Below, one piece after another: positions 8,968-18,073 of a stretch of DNA of 64,000 nt (the stretch's first letter is position 1; the number at the start of each line of letters is the position of its first letter). The DNA lies in NCBI GenBank assembly GCA_019241635.1, contig JAFAWR010000300.1, positions 363-64,362 on the forward strand, written 5' to 3'. Origin of the DNA: Solirubrobacterales bacterium. GTDB taxonomy: Bacteria > Actinomycetota > Thermoleophilia > Solirubrobacterales > Solirubrobacteraceae. The position numbers were made by a program, and so were the translations under genes. The notes under the pieces were generated by a model that searched no databases, had not been told where the DNA came from, and saw nothing but the letters and a program-made list of their open reading frames with translations.

Positions 8968-10191
8968 TCAGTGGACGATGAGGCCAACGACGAAGCCGGC
9001 GGCGAACGCCAGCAGCACGATCGCCACGACCAGCGCGACCAGGCGATTCTGGCGAGCGGCCACGCCCGCGGAGGCTGCAGCGGATGAGCGAGCCGCAGGC
9101 GGGTCAGCGGTGGCCACGGCACCGGCGAGGAGCTCGGCCTGGGCGACGGCCGTTTGGCCGCCCGCGCCCGCCGGCTCCAGGTGCGGACGGGAGACCTGCC
9201 GGGTGACCCCCGAGCGCTCCGGGGCTCGCGGGCCGGTGGATCCCGGCGGGGCCGGCTGTGGCGCGACGTGATCGGACCCCATGGCGGGCACCTTGGTCGT
9301 CTGAACGCGCCGCTCGCGCTCGCCGGTCGCACCATCGCGCGATGGGCCGCCGGCCGCGGCGACGCTCGGGGCACTCGAGGACAGGGCACGCGAGGCGGAC
9401 TGGATCATTTCCGCGGCCAGCGATGGTCGCGACCACGGGTCCTTGGCCATGCCGTGGCTGATCACTCCGTCGAGTGCCGGCGGCAGGTCGGGCCTGCGCT
9501 CTGAGAGCACGGGAGGGGGCTGCATCACGTGGGCGTGGAGCGTCGCCGCCTCCGAAGGCTTGGGGAACGGGACCTCGCCGGTCAGGCACTCGTAGAGCAC
9601 GCCGGTGAGCGCGTAGATGTCGCTGGCCGGCGTGGCCGGCTCGCCCTGGATCTGCTCGGGAGCGACGTAGTCGATCGTGCCGATGAACTGTCCCGTCCCG
9701 GTCAGGCGCGCCTCGTCGGGAGCCTTGATCAGCCCGAAGTCGGCCAGATAGGCGTGGTCGCGCTCGCCGATCAGGATGTTCTGGGGCTTGATGTCGCGAT
9801 GGATCAACCCCGCGCGATGCGCGGCGTCCAGGGCATTGGCGACCTGGGCGAGGATGCGCACGCTGCGGCGAGGGTCAAGCGCGCCGTCGAGGATCAGGTG
9901 CTTCAGGGTGGGTCCGCGGATCAGGCGCATGGCCAGGAACAGCCCGTACTCGCTCTGCCCGGCCTCGTACACGGCCACGATGTGATCGTGATCGAGCGCG
10001 GCCTGGACCTGCCCCTCGCGCTCGAAGCGGGCGCGGAAACCGGGATCGTCGCCCAGATTCGCGGCCAGCAGCTTGAGGGCGACGACCCGGTTCAGGGACA
10101 GCTGGGTGGCTTGATAGACAGCTCCCATGCCCCCCTCTCCGAGCGTCCCGTCGATGCGATACCCGGAAACGATCGTGCCCTCCTGTAGCAA
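8968..10191 (-). CDS. Ser/Thr protein kinase, C-terminal membrane anchor
   Basis: GEGGMGAVY, VALK, HRDIKPQN, DFG, YVAPE; hydrophobic C-terminal helix. Confidence 0.92.
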   Translation of the reverse strand: MLQEGTIVSGYRIDGTLGEGGMGAVYQATQLSLNRVVALKLLAANLGDDPGFRARFEREGQVQAALDHDHIVAVYEAGQSEYGLFLAMRLIRGPTLKHLILDGALDPRRSVRILAQVANALDAAHRAGLIHRDIKPQNILIGERDHAYLADFGLIKAPDEARLTGTGQFIGTIDYVAPEQIQGEPATPASDIYALTGVLYECLTGEVPFPKPSEAATLHAHVMQPPPVLSERRPDLPPALDGVISHGMAKDPWSRPSLAAEMIQSASRALSSSAPSVAAAGGPSRDGATGERERRVQTTKVPAMGSDHVAPQPAPPGSTGPRAPERSGVTRQVSRPHLEPAGAGGQTAVAQAELLAGAVATADPPAARSSAAASAGVAARQNRLVALVVAIVLLAFAAGFVVGLIVH

Positions 10192-10472
10192 AGCAGGAGG
10201 ATTCTACCCGCGGGTCAGGCCGTTACCCAGGCGGTTAGGTGATCGCCTACCGGGCCCGCGGAACGTCGCCGGACACGGCTCGCGAGGCCCCGCGCGCTTT
10301 ATTTGAGCCAGCCAATCCCATATCCTCAGGTGCATCGGAAGGCGATGCTTGAATGTCGGATGCGCGAGAGCAGCATCGGGGGCGCCGGGAACCCACCGGA
10401 TGGCTCTCCCGCAGTCGGTCGAGGACCTCTCCGAGATCGACCCGGACATCCGAGACAGAGCGTGAGTGAGCG

Positions 10473-11297
10473 ATGAGCGTGAGCGACCCCCGCATCGGCA
10501 GCCAGATCGGCGAGTACAACGTGGACGCCGTGATCGGGGAAGGGGGCATGGGCAAGGTCTATACCGCGACCGGCCCCGACGGCGGGCGCGTAGCCCTCAA
10601 GCTGGTCAAGGACGACTACGCCCGCGACGAGACGTTCCGCCGCCGCTTCTACCGCGAGGCGCGGATCGCCCAGACGGTCCAGCACCCGAACGTCGTGCCG
10701 GTGGTCGACACCGGCGAGCACGAGGGACTGCCGTACATGGCCCAGCGGTTCATCGAGGGCATGTCGCTCGACGACAAGCTCAAGCGCGACGGCCCGCTCG
10801 ACACCCAGACCGCGGTGCGGGTATGCACCGACGTGGCCGCCGGGCTCGAGGCCCTCTGGGCGGCGGGAATGGTGCATCGCGACGTCAAGCCGGCGAACAT
10901 CCTGCTCGACGAGACCGGCCGCGCCTACATCACCGATTTCGGGTTGGCCAAGGACACCCAGGGCTCGCTGCTCACGCTGCCGGGCCAGGCGCTCGGCTCG
11001 ATGGACTACATGGCGCCGGAGCAGATCCGCGGCGAGCAGGTGGGCGCGGCCACCGACATCTACGCCCTCGGGTGCGTGATGTATGAGTGCATGTGCGGGC
11101 GGCCGCCGTTCGCCGAGGTCCAGGGCATGCGCATCCTGTGGGCGCATCTCCAGGACCCGCCGCCCGATCCCCGCAGCGTCCGGGCCGACATCCCGGAGCG
11201 GTTCTCGCAGACGCTGCTGGTCGCGCTGGCCAAGGACGCGGCCCAGCGGCCGCAGACCGCCGGCGAGTACGCGCGCATGCTCGCCGACGCCGGCTGA
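10473..11297 (+). CDS. Ser/Thr protein kinase (kinase domain only)
   Basis: GEGGMGKVY, VALK, HRDVKPAN, DFG, YMAPE. Confidence 0.92.
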   Translation: MSVSDPRIGSQIGEYNVDAVIGEGGMGKVYTATGPDGGRVALKLVKDDYARDETFRRRFYREARIAQTVQHPNVVPVVDTGEHEGLPYMAQRFIEGMSLDDKLKRDGPLDTQTAVRVCTDVAAGLEALWAAGMVHRDVKPANILLDETGRAYITDFGLAKDTQGSLLTLPGQALGSMDYMAPEQIRGEQVGAATDIYALGCVMYECMCGRPPFAEVQGMRILWAHLQDPPPDPRSVRADIPERFSQTLLVALAKDAAQRPQTAGEYARMLADAG

Positions 11298-11307
11298 TCG
11301 CGGTCAG

Positions 11308-11357
11308 TGACCGGACGGGGCCGCGCGGCCCCAGGGACGCCGAGCGAAGCGAGGCCC
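11308..11357. repeat. REP-like two-hairpin repeat family B, copy 1
   Basis: TGACCGGACGGGGCCGCGCGGCCCCAGGGACGCCGAGCGAAGCGAGGCCC matches 53989-54037; lies between convergent genes. Confidence 0.7.
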
Positions 11358-11373
11358 ATGGTGGGCGGGGAGA

Positions 11374-11946
11374 TCAATCCCAGATCAGCGAGTACACGAC
11401 GTGCTCGCCGTGCAGCCCCTTGAAGTGATACTCGCCGTGCTCGGTGAAGCGGAAGCTGGGGTCGGTTTGGGTGTAGTCGCGCGCGCTCGATGAAACGAGG
11501 ATCTCGCCGCCCTTGGCCTGGGCGGCGATCCGGGAGGCGAGCACGACGTTCCGGCCCATGAGCTGCTCGGGATTGCCCATCACGAATCCCGAGTGCAGCC
11601 CGATCCGGATCCTCAGCGACCGCTGCTCGGCCGGGCCGGCGATGAACGTCCGCTGAAGCTCGACCGCGGCGTGGAGCCCCGCGTGGGCGCTGTTGAACGA
11701 GGCCAGGAAGCCGTCGTCCTGGACCTTCATCACCTGTCCGTCGTGACTCGTGACCAGGCGCTCAACCAGCAGATGGTGGTCGCGCACCAGCTGCTCCCAG
11801 CGCTCGGACCCAAGCTCCGCGGCCGCCCCGGCGGCATCCGCGATGTCGCTGAGCATCAGCGTGACCGCGCCGTCGGGCGAGCTCATCCGGCCGAGCGCGG
11901 GAGTCACCGGCTCGAGCGCCGAGGCGATCACGTCGATCGAGGTCAT
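11374..11946 (-). CDS. Stand-alone class III nucleotide cyclase domain (partly degenerate)
   Basis: VTLMLSDI, MKVQDDGF, RIRIGLHSG, GRNVVLASRI, GGEILVS, FKG motifs; start uncertain (11946-11988). Confidence 0.85.
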   Translation of the reverse strand: MTSIDVIASALEPVTPALGRMSSPDGAVTLMLSDIADAAGAAAELGSERWEQLVRDHHLLVERLVTSHDGQVMKVQDDGFLASFNSAHAGLHAAVELQRTFIAGPAEQRSLRIRIGLHSGFVMGNPEQLMGRNVVLASRIAAQAKGGEILVSSSARDYTQTDPSFRFTEHGEYHFKGLHGEHVVYSLIWD

Positions 11947-12022
11947 CTGAATGCGCGGCGGCATGGGCGGGCGAGAATACCTTGACACGTCCGGCGGCCC
12001 ACAGGCAGAATCGGCAGCCGGG

Positions 12023-13942
12023 ATGTCGGGGGCTCAGACCGATCACGGGATTCGGGCGAGCGCGTTCCCGCCGATTGGCGATTACGCGTTCCTGTCCGAC
12101 TGCGAGACCACCTCGCTGGTCGCGCCGAACGGCAACGTCGAGTGGATGTGCCTGCCTCGGATGGACTCGCCCAGCGTGTTCGCCTCGGTGCTCGACCGCG
12201 ACGCCGGCGGCTTCCGGATCGCGCCGGCGGACGTCAACGTCCCGGCCGGCCGGCGCTACATCCCGGGGACGATGGTGCTGGAGACGAGCTGGGAGACGCG
12301 GATGGGCTGGGTGATCGTCCGTGACGCGCTGTGCATCGGGCCCTGGCATCACGACACCGAGCGCTCGCACAGCCATCGGCGCTCGCCGACCGATCACGAC
12401 GCCGACCATGTGCTGCTCAGGATGATCGAGTGCGTGCAGGGGTCGGCCGAGATCAAGCTCGAGTGCGAACCCGCGTTCGACTACGGCGGGCTGGCGGTCG
12501 ACTGGGAGTACACCGGGACGGGGTATGGCGAGGCGGTGGCCCGCTCGGAGGGGATGGACCTGCAACTGCGGCTGATCACCGATCTGCGGCTCGGGTTCGA
12601 GGGGCCGCGGGCGCGGGCGCGGACCACGCTGCGCGAGGGCGAGGTGGCGTTCGCCGCGCTCGGCTGGTCAGAGCACGGGATGCCGACGAGCTATGAGGAG
12701 GCGGCGGAGCGGTTGGCCCGGACGCAGCGCTTCTGGCAGGAGTGGCTCAAGCACGGCACGTTCCCCGATCACCCCTGGCGCACCTACCTGCAGCGCAGCG
12801 CGCTGACCCTCAAGGGGTTGACCTATGCGCCGTCCGGCGCGCTGATCGCGGCGTCCACGACGTCGCTGCCCGAGGCGCCGGGAGGGGACCGCAACTGGGA
12901 CTACCGCTACACGTGGATCCGCGACTCGACCTTCACGCTGTGGGCGCTCTACTCGCTCGGGTTCGAGGAGGAGGCGAACGACTTCTTCTACTTCGTCGCA
13001 GACATGGCCGAGGCGGAGGAGGGGCAGCTTCAGATCATGTACGGGATCGGGGGAGAGTCCAAGCTCGAGGAGCAGCTGCTCGAGCACCTCTCGGGTTACG
13101 AGAACTCCCGCCCGGTGCGGATCGGCAACGGTGCCTACAACCAGGACCAACACGATGTATGGGGCGCGGTGCTCGACTCGATCTATCTCCACACCCGCTC
13201 GCGCGATCAGCTGCCCGACCGGCTATGGCCGATCATCAAGCGGCAGGTGGAGCGGGCGCTCGAGCGCTGGCGCGAGCCGGACCGCGGGATCTGGGAGGTG
13301 CGGGGCGATCCCAAGCACTTCACCTCGTCGAAGCTCATGTGCTGGGTCGCCGCGGACCGCGGCGCGCGGCTGGCCCGGATCCGCAACGACGAGCGCATGG
13401 CTACGCGCTGGGAGCAGGCCGCGGCCGAGATCCACGCCGACATCTGCGCGAACGGCGTCGACGAGCGCGGGGCGTTCGTGCAGCACTACGACACCGACGC
13501 GCTCGATGCGTCTCTGTTGATGATGCCGCTGGTTCGCTTCCTGCCGCCTGAGGACCCGCGCATACGCGCCACCGTGCTGGCCATCGCCGATGAGCTCACC
13601 GAGAACGGGCTGGTGCTGCGCTATCGGGTGGGGGAGACCGACGATGGGTTCGCCAGCGAGGAGGGCACGTTCACGATCTGCTCGTTCTGGCTGGTCTCGG
13701 CGCTGGTCGAGATCGGGGAGCTGGCGCGGGCGCGCGGCCTGTGCGAGCGGCTGCTGTCGTTCGCGAGCTCACTGGCGCTGTACGCCGAGGAGATCGATGC
13801 CGACACCGGTCGCCATCTGGGCAACTTTCCGCAGGCGTTCACTCACCTGGCGCTGATCAACGCGGTCATGCACATCATCCGCGCCGAGCAGCAACTCGAG
13901 CTGGGCGCGCCGGCCCGCGATCACGAGCTCGCAAGCCGGTGA
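12023..13942 (+). CDS. Glycoside hydrolase family 15 (trehalase/glucoamylase-like)
   Basis: IGDYAFLSDC, TTSLPE..GG.RNWDYRYTWIRD, GIWEVRG, LYAEE, LGNFPQAFTH motifs. Confidence 0.92.
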   Translation: MSGAQTDHGIRASAFPPIGDYAFLSDCETTSLVAPNGNVEWMCLPRMDSPSVFASVLDRDAGGFRIAPADVNVPAGRRYIPGTMVLETSWETRMGWVIVRDALCIGPWHHDTERSHSHRRSPTDHDADHVLLRMIECVQGSAEIKLECEPAFDYGGLAVDWEYTGTGYGEAVARSEGMDLQLRLITDLRLGFEGPRARARTTLREGEVAFAALGWSEHGMPTSYEEAAERLARTQRFWQEWLKHGTFPDHPWRTYLQRSALTLKGLTYAPSGALIAASTTSLPEAPGGDRNWDYRYTWIRDSTFTLWALYSLGFEEEANDFFYFVADMAEAEEGQLQIMYGIGGESKLEEQLLEHLSGYENSRPVRIGNGAYNQDQHDVWGAVLDSIYLHTRSRDQLPDRLWPIIKRQVERALERWREPDRGIWEVRGDPKHFTSSKLMCWVAADRGARLARIRNDERMATRWEQAAAEIHADICANGVDERGAFVQHYDTDALDASLLMMPLVRFLPPEDPRIRATVLAIADELTENGLVLRYRVGETDDGFASEEGTFTICSFWLVSALVEIGELARARGLCERLLSFASSLALYAEEIDADTGRHLGNFPQAFTHLALINAVMHIIRAEQQLELGAPARDHELASR

Positions 13943-13998
13943 GCTCGGCGATTCGACGTAAGCCTTTGGTCATCATCCGGTGAGATAGGTTCTTCGGC

Positions 13999-14391
13999 GT
14001 GCCCTGGGTCGAGGTGTTCGTCGTGTTCTTCGTGTCGCACGAGGTCGGCGACTATCTGCTTCAGACCGACTGGCAGGCCATGCACAAGCGAGGTGGACTG
14101 TCCAGCCCAGGGGTGAGGCGCCGCGCGCTGCTGTCGCACATCGCCACGTACACGCTGGCCTTCGTGCCCAGCCTGATCTGGCTGTTCGACAGCGTGCACT
14201 GGGGGGTCATCGGCGTGGCCGCGCTGATCGCGATCCCGCACCTGATCCAGGATGACGGGCGGCTGCTCACCGAATACGCGCGGTTGGTCAAGCGGGCCGA
14301 TTTGAACGCGAACCCGTCGCTCGGCGCGGTCCTCGACCAGGCGTTCCACTTCGTGGCGCTGTTTTTGCTGGCGCTGCTCGTGGGCCAGTGA
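13999..14391 (+). CDS. DUF3307-like small membrane protein
   Basis: H.VGDYLLQT...K and DQAFH motifs, several TM helices. Confidence 0.75.
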   Translation: MPWVEVFVVFFVSHEVGDYLLQTDWQAMHKRGGLSSPGVRRRALLSHIATYTLAFVPSLIWLFDSVHWGVIGVAALIAIPHLIQDDGRLLTEYARLVKRADLNANPSLGAVLDQAFHFVALFLLALLVGQ

Positions 14392-14460
14392 TCCCGCTCG
14401 CTTCTTGTCTACCAAACCCTTAGGATCGACCCGCAGGCATCGAACAAGGAGATCGAGAAC

Positions 14461-15315
14461 ATGGGGACCACCGAGCAGGAGATTCCGGGCGAAGTTCTTG
14501 AGTACCTGAGCGCGCAGAACACGCTCACGCTGTCGACCGCATCGCCGAGCGGAACGCCACACGCCGCGACGTTTCTGTACGTCAACGAGGGGCCATCGCT
14601 GTACTTCTGGTCAAAGAGCGCGACGGAGAGCTCGCGCCACATCGAGCAGAACCCGTTGGTGGCGTTCACGATCGACGAGTACACCGACGACCTCACCCAG
14701 ACGCGCGGGGTCCAGGGGACCGGCGAATGCTCGCCACTTTTGAGCGGAGAGCACATCGCGCGCGTGGCGGACCTGTTCGGCCAGAAGTTCCCTTCGCTGT
14801 CGCCGGGCGCGACGATGAGCATCGCGTTCTACCGGATCACCCCGACCGAGATCCAGTACATCGACAACCGCCAGAACCGGAGTCTCTCGTCCCCCGGGGT
14901 GTTCGGCGCGGAGTTCCATCGCGAGCGCTCCTACAGCGTGTTCGGCGGCCTGCCCACCCAGACGGCCAAGACGATCTCGGCCTCCCTGCAGGTGGTGGAC
15001 GCCGATCCCGACACGGTGGTGGCGCGCCAGGGCGGTCCGGCCGACAAGTTCTTCATCGTGGTCGACGGCGAGCTCGAGGTGACGCGCGAGGAGACCGGGT
15101 CGAGCGAGACGGTGGCCACGCTTGGCCCGGGCGATCTGTTCGGCGAGATGGCGATCCTGTTCGACAAGCCGCGCGGCACCAGCGCGCGGGCGACCAAGCC
15201 GACCAAGCTGCTGGTGCTCGACAGCGCCACGTTCCGCTCGGTGGTGGCGCAGTCGCTCGGTACCACGCCGGACTTCGATCAGATCATCCGGGACCGCATC
15301 GGCGCCGCGGCCTAG
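14461..15315 (+). CDS. PNPOx-like split-barrel flavin-binding domain fused to a cyclic-nucleotide-binding domain
   Basis: N-term LTLSTA...PHA...LYF...S.HI.QNP.VAFTI; C-term QGG.ADKFFIV..G..EV...GDLFGEMAIL..KPR.TSARA. Confidence 0.85.
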   Translation: MGTTEQEIPGEVLEYLSAQNTLTLSTASPSGTPHAATFLYVNEGPSLYFWSKSATESSRHIEQNPLVAFTIDEYTDDLTQTRGVQGTGECSPLLSGEHIARVADLFGQKFPSLSPGATMSIAFYRITPTEIQYIDNRQNRSLSSPGVFGAEFHRERSYSVFGGLPTQTAKTISASLQVVDADPDTVVARQGGPADKFFIVVDGELEVTREETGSSETVATLGPGDLFGEMAILFDKPRGTSARATKPTKLLVLDSATFRSVVAQSLGTTPDFDQIIRDRIGAAA

Positions 15316-15336
15316 CTTCGGGAAAGGGGGCCGACG

Positions 15337-15840
15337 GTGGAAACGTTCTCAGGCAAGGAGTTCCGCTCGACGGTGGGGGCGTTCGCCACCGGGGTCACGG
15401 TCGTGACCACCCGCGGCGAGGAGCACGCCTATGGCATGACCGCGAATGCGTTCTCGTCGGTGTCGCTAGACCCGCCGCTGATCCTCGTGTGCGTGATCAA
15501 TCCATCCGAGGGCGCCGAGCACATCACGCGCAACGGCGTGTTCGCGGTCAACATCCTGAGTCTCGCTCAGGAACCGCTCTCGCGCTACTTCGCCTCGCGC
15601 GACCGGCCGCGGGGCCGGGACGCGTTCGCGGAGGTGCCCCATCGCTTCGCGTCCAGCGGCTCGCCGATCCTCGAAGGGTCGGCCGCCTTCCTCGACTGCC
15701 GACTGCACACCACGCATGAGGCGGGCGATCACCTGATCTTCATCGGCGAGGTGCTCGAGCTCGAGGTGACCGACGGACATGAGCCGCTGCTGTTCCACGG
15801 CGGTGGCTACCGGCTGCTCCAGCCGCCCGTCGTGGCGTAG
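15337..15840 (+). CDS. Flavin reductase (HpaC/RutF-like)
   Basis: FATGVTVVTT, GMTANAFSSVSLDPPL, AGDH.IFIGEV motifs. Confidence 0.92.
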   Translation: METFSGKEFRSTVGAFATGVTVVTTRGEEHAYGMTANAFSSVSLDPPLILVCVINPSEGAEHITRNGVFAVNILSLAQEPLSRYFASRDRPRGRDAFAEVPHRFASSGSPILEGSAAFLDCRLHTTHEAGDHLIFIGEVLELEVTDGHEPLLFHGGGYRLLQPPVVA

Positions 15841-15893
15841 CTGCGGGCGCGGACTCAGGACGCGGCGGGGCGCGCTTGCGAGGCCGCGCGTCG

Positions 15894-16535
15894 TTACGAG
15901 GCCGGGCGCCAGGCCTCGCCGTCGAACACCAGGCGGATCGGTTCCGCGCCCTCGCCGATCGCCACCGCGGCCTCACGCGCGCTCAGATCGACATGCAAGG
16001 TGAGTGACAGGCTCGTCCGCTCCGTGGTGCGCTCGTCCTCGTCGCCGGCCGGCGCTGCGCCGGGGGGGGGAGTGGGGCGATCGGCGCCCGGCCGGTCGGC
16101 CGGATGCAGCCCTCGCTGGGGCCGGCCGGATGGCCCGCGCGCGATCGAGGGCGTCTCCTGACTCGCCGAGCGCGGCGCCACGGTGGGCTGCGGGTGGACC
16201 GCCTTGAGCGCGCGCTCGGTGGTCGGGACCGGCAGCTCGCGCACGACCAGGGTGGTGCCGCCGACCTCGACCGTGTCGCCTACCGAGAGCGTCTGCGGAC
16301 CGGAGATGCGCAGGCCGTTGACGAAGGTTCCGTTGGTCGAGCCGAGGTCCTCGATCGCGCAGAAGCCGCTGCGGTCAAGGCTGATGCGCGCGTGCGAGCG
16401 CGAGATCTCGTCGTCGTCGGCAAGTCGCCCCGCACCGTCGGCATGACGCCCGATCAGCAGTTCGTCGTCGAGCAGGATCGACATCCCGATCGCCCGTCCG
16501 GCCACCACCTCGAAGCGGGCCATAGCCTGACTCAT
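15894..16535 (-). CDS. FHA-domain protein
   Basis: IGR, ISRSHA, EDLGSTNGTFVNG motifs. Confidence 0.85.
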   Translation of the reverse strand: MSQAMARFEVVAGRAIGMSILLDDELLIGRHADGAGRLADDDEISRSHARISLDRSGFCAIEDLGSTNGTFVNGLRISGPQTLSVGDTVEVGGTTLVVRELPVPTTERALKAVHPQPTVAPRSASQETPSIARGPSGRPQRGLHPADRPGADRPTPPPGAAPAGDEDERTTERTSLSLTLHVDLSAREAAVAIGEGAEPIRLVFDGEAWRPAS

Positions 16536-16622
16536 GCGCGGACTGTACCGCGCAGTTGTCGCTCTGAGCGGGCGCCGGATTGCTTGCAGGCGCAGTTCGC
16601 CCACGGTAGTCTGCCGGGCGCT

Positions 16623-17264
16623 ATGGCACGGCTGCGTGTAGTGAGTGGGCCCGCCGCTGGACGGACGGTGGACATCGAGGAGGAGATCGTCATCGGTCGC
16701 GAGGACGCCGACCTGGACCTCGACGACCTCGAGCTGTCCCGTCGGCACGCGGTTGTTAGGCGGTTCGCCAACCGGCTCCAGGTGGAAGACCTGGGGTCTA
16801 CCAACGGAACTTTCGTCGATGGCAATCGGATCGCCGAGCCGACTCTGCTCGGCGGTGGCGCGGAGATCAAGATCGGCACGACCGTGCTGGTCGTAGAGGG
16901 GGTGCTGCCGGTGGGATCATCGGAATCGGGACGTGAGCTGGGGGATGCGGCGGCGCGAAATGTGACGCGCGTGAGCCCGGCGGTAGGTGCGAACAGCGCG
17001 GTCGGAAGCCCACAGGCCGCGGCGAGCGCGGCCGCGCCGCCCGCGACGGCGCCCCCGTCCTCAGCGTCGCCCTCCTCAGCGCCGATCACCGGTCCGCCGG
17101 CGACTCAGGCGCAGCCGACCCAGCCCCTGGCGCCGTTCCATCCGCCCGCGCAGCGTCGTCAGAAGGGCCTGGCCTCCCGGTCGTGGCTGCCGGTGGCGCT
17201 GTCGTTCGGCACGGTGGTCATCGTCGCCATCGCGCTCGTCATCTACTTCTCTCAGCACACCTAA
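16623..17264 (+). CDS. FHA-domain protein with C-terminal TM anchor
   Basis: IGRE, LSRRHA, EDLGSTNGTFVDG; Pro/Ala linker; hydrophobic C-terminus. Confidence 0.88.
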   Translation: MARLRVVSGPAAGRTVDIEEEIVIGREDADLDLDDLELSRRHAVVRRFANRLQVEDLGSTNGTFVDGNRIAEPTLLGGGAEIKIGTTVLVVEGVLPVGSSESGRELGDAAARNVTRVSPAVGANSAVGSPQAAASAAAPPATAPPSSASPSSAPITGPPATQAQPTQPLAPFHPPAQRRQKGLASRSWLPVALSFGTVVIVAIALVIYFSQHT

Positions 17265-17404
17265 GCTTCGGCTGCACGCCGGTTCAGCGTCCCGGGCGCC
17301 GGCGAAGGTGTGCGAGGGTCCAATCGTGACCGGGCGCGAGGGACGCCGAACGGGCGCCGCAGCCTCGCTTGCAGCGTTACCGCCGGCCCTGCTGCCGACG
17401 CGAA

Positions 17405-17956
17405 CTACTTCAAGGAGAAGTAGAGAACCAGCGCGATGCAGATGAGCACGAGGAACGCGAGCGGCGCGAGTTGCGCGCGCCGGCGTACCCGAACGTCGAG
17501 GTAGCGATCGACCGTGGGGTGACCCGCGGACGCGGAAGCCGGTTGCGCGGTCTGCTCGACCTTGGCGACCTCGGGATTCACGTAGGTCGGGGTGCGCTCG
17601 GCCATCGCCAGTCCGGGTGGAAGCTGGATCACGCCCGAGCCGCGCGCGCGGAAGTCGTCGGCGGTGCGGAACTGGATCACGCTCACTCCGACCAGGAGCT
17701 CGTCGCCGGCCTCGAGGTGGGCCGGGCCCATCAGCTCGTTGTGGTTGACGAACGTGCCGTTGGTCGACTCGAGATCCTCGACCGTCGCGCTGCCGTCGGG
17801 CGACGGCGTGATGCGGGCGTGCTGTCCGGAGACCTCGCCGTCGGCGAGGACGAGATCGGCGTTCGGGTCGCGGCCGATGACGATCGGGCGATCGACGATC
17901 AGCTGCTTGCCCGCGTCCGGCCCCTCGATGACTTCCAGATTGATCTCGCCCGCCAC
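17405..17956 (-). CDS. FHA-domain protein with C-terminal TM anchor
   Basis: IGRD, VSGQHA, EDLESTNGTFVN; C-terminal TM helix. Confidence 0.88.
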   Translation of the reverse strand: MAGEINLEVIEGPDAGKQLIVDRPIVIGRDPNADLVLADGEVSGQHARITPSPDGSATVEDLESTNGTFVNHNELMGPAHLEAGDELLVGVSVIQFRTADDFRARGSGVIQLPPGLAMAERTPTYVNPEVAKVEQTAQPASASAGHPTVDRYLDVRVRRRAQLAPLAFLVLICIALVLYFSLK

Positions 17957-18073
17957 CGGCGCGGAGAATAAGGGCTGCGCGCAACGCGAGTCAAGCGTGG
18001 TTGATGAACGCGCTCGAAACAGCCGGGCGCGGCTCTTGAAAGGCTCGCGGCTTTCCGGATAGGGTGCCGGGCC

